Origin: a bacterium
GTDB lineage: Bacteria > Bacillota_I > Bacilli_A > RF39 > UBA660
Assembly: GCA_963607925.1 (NCBI GenBank)
Contig: CAVDFY010000024.1
Location: 10,082 to 46,356, forward strand
Direction: 5' to 3'
Length of the DNA: 36,275 nt
The notes below the pieces were generated by a model, which was not told the DNA's origin, searched no databases, and saw only the letters and a program-made list of their open reading frames with translations. This document shows, piece by piece, positions 8,651 through 16,114 of this stretch; within the stretch, counting starts at the first letter, position 1, and each line of letters begins with the position of its first letter. The position numbers and the translations under genes were made by a program.

Positions 8651-8679
8651 ATTATATATGAGAATTAATATTATTTCAA
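8651..8679 (-). promoter_or_regulatory. Consensus sigma-A promoter for the ATPase gene
   Basis: Minus strand: TTGAAA (8674-8679), a 17-nt spacer, then TATAAT (8651-8656). SD AAGAGG lies upstream of ATG 8623. Confidence 0.7.
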
Positions 8680-8687
8680 CAAAATTA

Positions 8688-8716
8688 TTGTTATTATTTT
8701 TAAAATTTGTTATACT
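8688..8716 (+). promoter_or_regulatory. Divergent promoter for the small pilin (and proS)
   Basis: TTGTTA (8688-8693), a 17-nt spacer, then TATACT (8711-8716), with TG at the extended -10 position. Confidence 0.55.
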
Positions 8717-8738
8717 TTCTTATAGTAGGAGTGCATGT

Positions 8739-9164
8739 ATGAAGAATAAAAATGGTTTTACAATGATTGAACTTTTAGCAGTATTAGGGATACTTGCATT
8801 ACTAGCAGTAGTAATAGTTCCAAATGTATCATCTTTAAGAAAAAAAACTTTAGAACAAACTTATGAAAATAGAGTAAATCAAGTTAAAATTGCTGCGAGA
8901 GAATGGGGAAGCGACAACCTAATAAGTGTTCCATCTTCAGTTTCAAAAGAATACACAGACCAAAGTACATGTGATAGTGATTGTGTTTGCGTAACAATAC
9001 AAGAATTAATAACAGAAGGATATCTAACTGGAGATAAAAATGAAAAAAAGACTTTAACAAATCCAATAACAAACAAAGAAATGAATAATTTATTAGTATG
9101 TATAAGATATGATACAAATAATATAGAAACAAGAGAGTTAGTTTCATACATTGCAGGTGAGTAA
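8739..9164 (+). CDS. Type IV pilin / ComGC-like pseudopilin (141 aa)
   Basis: MKNKNGFTMIELLAVLGILALLAVVIVPN prepilin motif. SD AGGAG lies 8 nt upstream of ATG 8739; the track start at 8658 adds a non-pilin leader and has no SD. The C-terminal part has a Cys cluster (CDSDCVCV) and the ELITEGYL motif common in Firmicutes pilins. Confidence 0.85.
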   Translation: MKNKNGFTMIELLAVLGILALLAVVIVPNVSSLRKKTLEQTYENRVNQVKIAAREWGSDNLISVPSSVSKEYTDQSTCDSDCVCVTIQELITEGYLTGDKNEKKTLTNPITNKEMNNLLVCIRYDTNNIETRELVSYIAGE

Positions 9165-9165
9165 C

Positions 9166-10866
9166 ATGAGAATGTCTAATAATTTTTTTATAACTCGTAA
9201 AGAATTTCCAAATGATGAAGATTGTATTTCAGCTAAATTATTAATTAAAAGTGGAATGATTTATAAAAATGATAATGGAATTTACTCATACTTACCAATA
9301 GGATTAAAAGTACTAGAAAATATTAAAAATATCATTAGAGAAGAAATGAAAAAAAATAATGCTGACGAAGTATTAATGCCATCTCTAGTTGATAGAAGTG
9401 TTTTTGAACTTACTAATAGAGAAAAAGTATTTGGAAAAGAAATATTTAATATATCAGGTAGAAATAATAAAGAGTATTCTCTTTGTCCAACACACGAAGA
9501 ATTATTTGCTCTACTAGTAAGAAATAAAATTAGAAGTTATAAAGATCTACATTTTACATTATTTCAATTAAGTAATAAGTTTAGAGATGAAGTTCATCCA
9601 GAGTATGGACTTATAAGAAAAAAAGAGTTTTATATGGCTGATGCTTATAGTTTTGATGCTGATGAAAGTGGTCTTGATATAAGCTATGATAAAATGTATC
9701 AAACTTTCAATAATATATTTAGAAGATTAAATATAGATACAATGGTTGTAAGAGCAGATCCTGACTCAATGAAAGGAACTTCTAGTGAAGAATTTCAAGT
9801 AATTTGTGATTATGGTGATAACGAAGTAGTAAAATGCAAAAAATGTAGTTATAGTACAAATATTGAAGACGCTTCATCATACGATTCATATACAAAAGAA
9901 GAACATCAATTAAAAAGTACACCAAATAAAAAAACAATAAAAAGCTTAACTGAGTTCTTACAAGTTCCAGCAAAGAACATTATAAAATCTCTTATAATAA
10001 AAGTAGACGAAACATATAAAATGATATTATTAAGAGCTGATGCTGAATTAAATGTTAATAAATTAAAAAAAGTATTAAAATGTGACAATATAGAAATACC
10101 AAGTGAGTATGAACTTGATAGAATGGGTACAAAAATAGGATATATTGGTCCTGTTAAAACAACAATGACAGTAATTGCAGATAATGAAGTTAAAAGCATG
10201 TATAATGCAATTTGCGGAAGCAATAAAGAAAATTATCATTATAAAAATGTAACCCCAGGTATAGACTTTAAAGTAAATAAATATGCAAATATTAAGTTGT
10301 TTAATGAAAATTCTAAGTGTCCTAGATGTAAAAGTGAATGCGAAATAATAAGAGGAATTGAAGTTGGACATATATTTAAACTTGAAACAAATTATAGTGA
10401 AACATATAATTTAAGATATTTAGATGAAGTAAATGAATTAAATTATGTACATATGGGTTCATATGGAATAGGTCTTGATAGATGCATCTCAGCAATAGTA
10501 GAAAAACATAATGATGAAAAAGGAATAATTTGGCCTATGGAAGTAGCTCCATATAAAGTAGGTATTGTCATAATAAATGTTAATGATAAAGAAACTTATA
10601 AATATGCAAGTAATCTTTATAAAAAATTAGAACAAATTGGTATAGATACAATTCTAGATGACAGAAAAGAAACAGTTGGTATTAAATTCAATGATATGGA
10701 CTTAATGGGTATACCTATTAGAATAACAATAGGAAGAAAACTAGAAGAAGGAATGGTAGAATTCAAATTAAGAGATGAAGAACAAAGCCATGACATAGAT
10801 AGAGATGTAATTATAAAAACAATATTAGATACCATTAATTCAAAAAGTAAAAAATTATATAATTAA
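9166..10866 (+). CDS. proS: Prolyl-tRNA synthetase, bacterial type with INS editing domain (copy 1)
   Basis: N-terminus MRMSNNFFITRKEFPNDEDCISAKLLIKSGMIYKNDNGIYSYLPIGLKVLENI. Motif 2 region FRDEVHPEYGLIRKKEFYMADAYSF. Motif 3 GSYGIGLDRCISAIVE. The central insertion is ~180 aa. ATG 9166 follows SD AGGTGAG, which lies inside the last pilin codons. Confidence 0.9.
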   Translation: MRMSNNFFITRKEFPNDEDCISAKLLIKSGMIYKNDNGIYSYLPIGLKVLENIKNIIREEMKKNNADEVLMPSLVDRSVFELTNREKVFGKEIFNISGRNNKEYSLCPTHEELFALLVRNKIRSYKDLHFTLFQLSNKFRDEVHPEYGLIRKKEFYMADAYSFDADESGLDISYDKMYQTFNNIFRRLNIDTMVVRADPDSMKGTSSEEFQVICDYGDNEVVKCKKCSYSTNIEDASSYDSYTKEEHQLKSTPNKKTIKSLTEFLQVPAKNIIKSLIIKVDETYKMILLRADAELNVNKLKKVLKCDNIEIPSEYELDRMGTKIGYIGPVKTTMTVIADNEVKSMYNAICGSNKENYHYKNVTPGIDFKVNKYANIKLFNENSKCPRCKSECEIIRGIEVGHIFKLETNYSETYNLRYLDEVNELNYVHMGSYGIGLDRCISAIVEKHNDEKGIIWPMEVAPYKVGIVIINVNDKETYKYASNLYKKLEQIGIDTILDDRKETVGIKFNDMDLMGIPIRITIGRKLEEGMVEFKLRDEEQSHDIDRDVIIKTILDTINSKSKKLYN

Positions 10867-10876
10867 TAAAAATAAC

Positions 10877-10918
10877 TTAAAAAAGAAAAAAATAAATCAA
10901 ATATTTTTTCTTTTTTAA
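10877..10918 (+). terminator. AT-rich hairpin / probable terminator after proS
   Basis: Perfect 15-bp inverted repeat TTAAAAAAGAAAAAA / TTTTTTCTTTTTTAA with a 12-nt loop. The 3' arm is itself a T-run, and the stem is thermodynamically weak (a single G:C pair). Confidence 0.45.
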
Positions 10919-10931
10919 TTATCTATTGTTA

Positions 10932-10960
10932 TTGAAAAAAAGTGATTAAAATGTTACTAT
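10932..10960 (+). promoter_or_regulatory. Promoter P2 of surface-protein unit 1
   Basis: TTGAAA, a 17-nt spacer, then TACTAT with an upstream TGT (extended -10). It is homologous to the promoter at 15677-15705. Confidence 0.6.
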
Positions 10961-10984
10961 TAATTAAAGAATAGGTGAATTAAC

Positions 10985-12991
10985 ATGAAAATAAAAAAAC
11001 AATTATTATTTTTGTTATTAATATTGATATTTCCATTAATACTAAATGCAGAAATGTCTGTAGATTATAGTAAAACTATAAAGCATGCAAATAATTACAT
11101 AAAGGATTTTCAATATAATAGACTATATATTGTAAGTGGAACAACAGATTTTTCAGTACCATTTGAATACAAAAACAACGCCCTAACAGTAAATAGTTCA
11201 TTTAAAGCAGGTGGCCTTTTAAATATACAAGAATTTGATATATCAAAGGGTGAAAGTAATAGTTCTTATCTATTCTCAGGAAGAGATTATTTTACTATGA
11301 CTGAATCTGGAAGTGACAGTGTCTATGTAATTGAAAAAGGAGCAAACACTAATTATACTCTTAAACCAAAAACAGAAAAAAGTGGTGTAAGAGTTACAGA
11401 ATATGTAAAAGAAAAAATAAGAGTAACAGGAACAGGTGAATATGTAAATCCTTGGGTATTTATTAAACCTGAATATAAAGTAAATATAACATTAGTAAAT
11501 GCTAATTCAAATGGAGCAACTTCAATAGTAGAAACTCTAGAAGTTGAAGATAAAGAATATCCAATAAGTGCTAATAAAAGTTACTTCAAATATAAAGGAG
11601 ATATGACTTGTAGCGGTTATTATGAAGAAGTAAGCGTTAACGGAAATAAACTTGTAATAAAAGGATTAACAAGCGATTTAAAATGTACAATTAAATATAC
11701 TCCAGATAACTTCAAAGTAACTGTTAATGCAACTAATGCAACAGTAGAAGGAAACGAAAAATCATTCCCAGCTGAAACTAATGGTACAGTAAAAGTAACA
11801 GGAACAGAAGGATATGCTCTAAGTAGCTTATCATGTACAAACTCACAATCTGGAAGCTATAAAGGTGGAAATTTAATTATAACTAACATAACCAATGATA
11901 CTGTTTGTACAATGACTTTCACTAATCCTGGAAAATCTTTCTCATATACAGGTTCAACAGCATCATATACAGTTCCATATACTGGATATTACAAATTAGA
12001 AGCATACGGAGCACAAGGAAATGGTTCAGGTGGAAAAGGTGGATATGCAAGTGAAATAATACTTATGACAAAGAACACTTCATTAACTATAAATGTAGGC
12101 GGACAAAACGGATATAATGGAGGAGGCTCTGGATATTATAATGGTGGAGGAGCTTCAACTATTAAAAAAAGTTCAACTATTATTTTAGCAGGTGCCGGTG
12201 GTGGAGGAGGTAACTCTGGAACTGCTGGTGGAAAAGGTTCAGGATCAGGTGGTGCATCATCAGGTGGAAGCGGAACAAATGGTGGACCGGGTAGTGCTGG
12301 AACAAATGGAGCCGGAGGAGGCTCAGGATATAATTATTCATATCAAACAAACTGTAGTAGTTGTTACTATGGTTCAAATACTTGCACAGGTGGATATGTA
12401 AGTACAAACTGTAGTAGTTGTTATTATGGAAGAAACACATGTAGTTATGGCTGTGATACAGAATGCGCTTGGTGCCAATATGATTGTACTGGCCCATATG
12501 GAAGTAGTTTTACAGTAAATGGATGGTGTCCTTGTACTAATAATGGTGGAAGTGGAAGCTGTAGTAATCTAGGATGCTTAAATAGAAGCGGATATGTAAG
12601 AACATCAACAACTTATAATGGACGAAGTAACTTAAGTTCAGGATGCAGCGCAACAAGTGCAACTAGTATTACCGTTATAGGAATTTGTTCATGGAATGGT
12701 GGCTGCTCATCTGGATACAGTTGTAGTAAATGCGGAACAAATAGAACAAACTGTAGTAGTTGCTATTATGGTTCAAATACATGCAGTTATGGTTGCGATA
12801 GTGTTTGGGATAGTTGTAAAACTGGATCAAATACATGTAGCTATGGTTGTGATACAAAAACAGTTGCATATAAATCAGGTTACGGTGGAACAAATAAATT
12901 TGATTCATCAGCAACAGAAAAACAAAATCTTGAAGGACAAAGAACTGGAAATGGACAAATAAAAATTAGTTTTTACAAAGAAAGTGAATAA
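10985..12991 (+). CDS. Secreted protein (668 aa): shared N-terminal module, two Ig-like/B-repeat-like segments, and a glycine-rich domain interrupted by a Cys-rich repeat region
   Basis: Sec signal peptide MKIKKQLLFLLLILIFPLILNA. Residues ~35-162 align at ~45% identity with the N-termini of the next two large proteins. FSYTGSTASYTVPYTGYYKLEAYGAQGNGSGGKGGYASE...VGGQNGYNGGGSG...AGAGGGGGNSG matches the bacterial glycine-rich-protein pattern. There are 26 Cys in ~210 aa, with the repeated motif NCSSCYYGxNTC(S)YGCD. Confidence 0.85.
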   Translation: MKIKKQLLFLLLILIFPLILNAEMSVDYSKTIKHANNYIKDFQYNRLYIVSGTTDFSVPFEYKNNALTVNSSFKAGGLLNIQEFDISKGESNSSYLFSGRDYFTMTESGSDSVYVIEKGANTNYTLKPKTEKSGVRVTEYVKEKIRVTGTGEYVNPWVFIKPEYKVNITLVNANSNGATSIVETLEVEDKEYPISANKSYFKYKGDMTCSGYYEEVSVNGNKLVIKGLTSDLKCTIKYTPDNFKVTVNATNATVEGNEKSFPAETNGTVKVTGTEGYALSSLSCTNSQSGSYKGGNLIITNITNDTVCTMTFTNPGKSFSYTGSTASYTVPYTGYYKLEAYGAQGNGSGGKGGYASEIILMTKNTSLTINVGGQNGYNGGGSGYYNGGGASTIKKSSTIILAGAGGGGGNSGTAGGKGSGSGGASSGGSGTNGGPGSAGTNGAGGGSGYNYSYQTNCSSCYYGSNTCTGGYVSTNCSSCYYGRNTCSYGCDTECAWCQYDCTGPYGSSFTVNGWCPCTNNGGSGSCSNLGCLNRSGYVRTSTTYNGRSNLSSGCSATSATSITVIGICSWNGGCSSGYSCSKCGTNRTNCSSCYYGSNTCSYGCDSVWDSCKTGSNTCSYGCDTKTVAYKSGYGGTNKFDSSATEKQNLEGQRTGNGQIKISFYKESE

Positions 12992-12995
12992 AAAT

Positions 12996-15635
12996 ATGAA
13001 GAATAAAAAGGAAAAATTATTACTATTATTATTGCTACTGCCATTCAGTATAAATGCTGTGGTAAGAAATAATTATGACATAACAAAAGAAAATACAAAT
13101 CTTTATATTAATGATTTTGATAGAAATGATGTATACATTATAAAAAGTACTTCTTCTCTTAATGTTCCGTTTATATATAACAACGGAACATTGAGCGTAG
13201 ATACATATTTCAAAAATGGTGGTTTATTAAATAGATATGAATTTTTAATATCTAAATCTTTAGAAAATGATACATATTTATTTAATGGAAATAATTATTG
13301 GACATTAACATCAAGTGGAGATAAAGTATATATGATTGATAATTCTGCCACAGATAATATATCTCTTCAAGAAAAAACAGTATTAAGTGGTGGAAGAGTA
13401 ACTGAATACATAAAAGAAGAAACTGGAGTAAGTGGAAGTGGAAAATATACAGACCCATGGGTATTTATTGAAAGATATAAAGTAACAGCAAAAAGTTCAA
13501 ATACATCATATGGAACAGTTACACCAAGTGAAAAGTATGTAAATAAAGGTGAAACACTAACATTTAATCTTTCACCAGCAAGTGAATATGAATATAGCAA
13601 CAATGATTGTGGAGCAACATATTCAAACGGGAAATTAATTCTATCAAATATTCAAGCAGATAAAAATTGTATAGTAAATTTCAAAAAGAAAGTTTACAAA
13701 TTAACTTTCAACAATAATGGTGGAAGCGAATGTACAAGCCAAACAGCAACAAGTGGTAATGAATGGGGAACACTTTGTACACCAAAAAGAACAAATTATA
13801 GTTTCTTAGGCTGGTTTACATCAGCGACTGGCGGAACAGAAGTAACTTCGAAAACAATAGCTACAAAAGACCAAACTGTGTATGCACATTGGGAATATAC
13901 AACATTAAAATTAACCTATGATAATAATGGTGGAAGTGGATGTACAAGCAAGAACTTTGTTAAAAATCAAAAAGTAGGAACTTTATGTGTTCCAACGAAA
14001 GCATCAAATGAGTTTGCAGGATGGTACACATCAGCAACAGGTGGAACAGAAGTAACAAGTGACACTGTATTAAGTGAAGCAACAACAGTATATGCACACT
14101 GGACACCAACATGCTTTGCGTTTACACCATCAACAGGAACAATAACAGATTATTATGATTATAAAGGAAACGATTCTTCAAACGGAAGTTGTTCAAGAAG
14201 CGTTACAATACCAAGTACAATAAGTGGTAAAACTGTATTGAAAATAGGCAATTACTCATTTGAAGAAAAAAATATAACATCAGTAACAATACCAAATACA
14301 GTAACTGAAATAGGGTATGGTGCTTTTGAAAGTAATAAATTAACAACAGTGACAATACCTTCTAGTGTAACTACAATAAAAAGCAGTGCATTTGGATACA
14401 ATAACATTACAACTCTTACATTAAATGAAGGATTAGTAACTATAGGAGACTCAGCATTTACAGAAAATGCAATTAAGGCATTGAAAACACCAAGTACAAT
14501 GGTATCAATAGGATATAGTGCATTCTACAAGAATAAAATTACAAGTCTTACATTAAACGAAGGATTAACTTCAATTGAAGGATATGCCTTTTATAATAAT
14601 AGCATTCCAAGTGTAAAAGCGCCTAGCACTCTAGTATCAATAGGGTACTCAGCATTTGAAGAAAATAATATATCTTCATTAACTTTAAATAGTGGCTTAA
14701 AAACTATAAATGATTTTGCATTTTTTAAAAACAAAATACCAAGTGTTACAATACCTACATCTGTAACATATTTAGGAAATGCATCATTTAATGATAATAA
14801 ACTTCCGGATAGTACAGCAACTCTTTATAAAAGAAACAGTGATGGAAGTGAAGATAAAACAACAGTAGTTAGTTATGGTGGTTCTAAAAGATCAGGAGTT
14901 GTTGTGCCATCAACTGTAAAAACAATAGATAATTATGCATATTATTATAATAATATAACTAGTATAACAATACCAACAAGTGTTACAAAAGTTGGTAATC
15001 ATGGAGTGGCATTTAATAATTTAAGTACAATAAACATTCCAAGTTCAGTTACATATATAGACTATAGAGGATTTGCAAATAACTGGGCTAGCACAATAAA
15101 TTATACATCAAGTAACTTAACATATTTAGGAAATGCAGCATTTAATGGTAATTCAACAAGCACAACAAATGCATTAAAATATAAGAAAAATGCAGATGGA
15201 ACAGATGACACATCAGTAGTAGTCAGCTATTCAGCAAATAGAACAAATGTTACATTACCAAGTACTGTAAAAGAAATAGCAGATAGTGCATTCTTTAATG
15301 CATTTATATATAGTATTACGATTCCTGAGGGAGTAACATATATAGGTTCAGGAGCATTTAGATGGTGCTACTTATCTAATGTAACAATTCCAAGTACAGT
15401 AACTGAAATAGGATATGATGCATTTGAAAAATATTATGACAGTAGTTGGAGTGAAAATTTAAACCCACTTACTAAAATAATAAATAAAACAGGTAAATCA
15501 TTTAAATGGCATACAATAATAAATGGTGAATATTACTATGATTCTAGTTTAAGTGATGATTACTACTATAAAGATTATGAATTTGAAACAGGTACGGTTA
15601 AAAATCCTAGAGGAAACATAACTGTAACAAAATAA
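12996..15635 (+). CDS. Secreted protein (paralog A): shared N-terminal module, InlB-type B-repeats (Listeria-Bacteroides repeat) and BspA-type leucine-rich repeats
   Basis: Signal peptide MKNKKEKLLLLLLLLPFSINA (the alternative GTG start at 12984 overlaps the upstream stop). Two copies of Y(K/T)LT(F/Y)xNNGGS(E/G)CTS...GW(F/Y)TSATGGTEVTS...VYAHW. There are about 20 repeats of the type IPxSVTxIGxxAFxxNxIT. I see no LPXTG, SLH, choline-binding or C-terminal TM anchor. Confidence 0.88.
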   Translation: MKNKKEKLLLLLLLLPFSINAVVRNNYDITKENTNLYINDFDRNDVYIIKSTSSLNVPFIYNNGTLSVDTYFKNGGLLNRYEFLISKSLENDTYLFNGNNYWTLTSSGDKVYMIDNSATDNISLQEKTVLSGGRVTEYIKEETGVSGSGKYTDPWVFIERYKVTAKSSNTSYGTVTPSEKYVNKGETLTFNLSPASEYEYSNNDCGATYSNGKLILSNIQADKNCIVNFKKKVYKLTFNNNGGSECTSQTATSGNEWGTLCTPKRTNYSFLGWFTSATGGTEVTSKTIATKDQTVYAHWEYTTLKLTYDNNGGSGCTSKNFVKNQKVGTLCVPTKASNEFAGWYTSATGGTEVTSDTVLSEATTVYAHWTPTCFAFTPSTGTITDYYDYKGNDSSNGSCSRSVTIPSTISGKTVLKIGNYSFEEKNITSVTIPNTVTEIGYGAFESNKLTTVTIPSSVTTIKSSAFGYNNITTLTLNEGLVTIGDSAFTENAIKALKTPSTMVSIGYSAFYKNKITSLTLNEGLTSIEGYAFYNNSIPSVKAPSTLVSIGYSAFEENNISSLTLNSGLKTINDFAFFKNKIPSVTIPTSVTYLGNASFNDNKLPDSTATLYKRNSDGSEDKTTVVSYGGSKRSGVVVPSTVKTIDNYAYYYNNITSITIPTSVTKVGNHGVAFNNLSTINIPSSVTYIDYRGFANNWASTINYTSSNLTYLGNAAFNGNSTSTTNALKYKKNADGTDDTSVVVSYSANRTNVTLPSTVKEIADSAFFNAFIYSITIPEGVTYIGSGAFRWCYLSNVTIPSTVTEIGYDAFEKYYDSSWSENLNPLTKIINKTGKSFKWHTIINGEYYYDSSLSDDYYYKDYEFETGTVKNPRGNITVTK
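13173..14284 (+). repeat. Copy 1 of a 1112-bp perfect direct repeat
   Basis: A line-by-line comparison with 16295-17406 (offset 3122) found no mismatch. The first mismatches are at 13172/16294 and 14285/17407. Confidence 0.9.
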
Positions 15636-15664
15636 GAAATCAGTATTGATTTCTTATTTTTATT
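15634..15664 (+). terminator. Intrinsic terminator of unit 1
   Basis: AAGAAATCA gtat TGATTTCTT followed by ATTTTTATT. Confidence 0.8.
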
Positions 15665-15676
15665 AATAAAACAATA

Positions 15677-15705
15677 TTGAAAAATAATAATTAAAATGTT
15701 ACTAT
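15677..15705 (+). promoter_or_regulatory. Promoter P3 of surface-protein unit 2 (duplicate of P2)
   Basis: TTGAAA, a 17-nt spacer, then TACTAT. The block ATTAAAATGTTACTATTAA is identical to that in P2. Confidence 0.6.
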
Positions 15706-15727
15706 TAAATAGATAATAGGAGGATAT

Positions 15728-16102
15728 ATGAAAAAAGGATTAACTGTTTTTTTAATTTTATTTTTATTAGTAGGATGTAATAAGGAAACAACAAAGACAA
15801 ATGAAAAACCAGAAGAAACAAAATATTTAACTAAGATGGAAATGAATGAAAAATTATTTGGCTATGCAACTGAGATTTATAATGCTAAAACATATACAAA
15901 AGTTGAAAAGACTGATGGAGAATACTTTATATCATTAAAAAACCTAAAAGAAAAATATAACTATGATATATCAATGTTTTTAAATCCAACTACTTACGAT
16001 AAATGTGATCAAGAGAAGACTGGTGTATCATTTGATATAGATAATGTTAGAAATTTAGAATATAAAGATGCTCCTATATTAATAATGATATACTGCGATT
16101 AG
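15728..16102 (+). CDS. Small lipoprotein (124 aa), first cistron of unit 2
   Basis: Lipobox LLVGC (MKKGLTVFLILFLLVGCNKE). Strong SD AGGAGG. It lies 12 nt upstream of paralog B. Confidence 0.8.
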   Translation: MKKGLTVFLILFLLVGCNKETTKTNEKPEETKYLTKMEMNEKLFGYATEIYNAKTYTKVEKTDGEYFISLKNLKEKYNYDISMFLNPTTYDKCDQEKTGVSFDIDNVRNLEYKDAPILIMIYCD

Positions 16103-16114
16103 GAGAAAAATATT

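Noticed and set aside
8680-8716. Apparent similarity of the small-pilin promoter (TATTGTTATT...TTAAAATTTGTTATACT) to the P2/P3 promoters (TATTGAAAAA...TTAAAATGTTACTAT), as evidence for a shared pilus/adhesin regulon
   Set aside because: The matching positions are essentially the generic -35, extended -10 and -10 elements plus A/T filler. There is an indel in the supposed shared block. I cannot distinguish this from chance in AT-rich promoters without genome-wide motif statistics.
8658-8738. N-terminal extension of the small pilin ORF (track start 8658)
   Set aside because: The extension (MRINIISTKLLLLFLKF...) would bury the prepilin GFTMIE motif 33 residues into the protein. The region also contains the promoter (8688-8716), and the SD for ATG 8739 lies just downstream of that promoter.
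8879-10835. Minus-strand ORFs 8879-9151, 8884-9147, 9782-9973, 9906-10223, 10075-10371 and 10617-10835
   Set aside because: All are antisense to the pilin or proS genes. They are hydrophobic or low complexity, mutually overlapping, and lack ribosome-binding sites.
12180-12962. Four overlapping ORFs on both strands (12180-12497, 12192-12401, 12675-12914, 12696-12962) in the Gly/Cys-rich region
   Set aside because: They are alternative-frame artefacts of the GGT/GGA- and TGT/AGT-rich repetitive coding sequence. Only the main frame connects a signal peptide, the shared module and a coherent domain pattern.
13367-13603. Identical 78-aa minus-strand ORFs at 13367-13603 and 16489-16725
   Set aside because: Their identity is a trivial consequence of lying inside the 1112-bp perfect repeat. 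Both are antisense to the LRR paralogs, with no start context.
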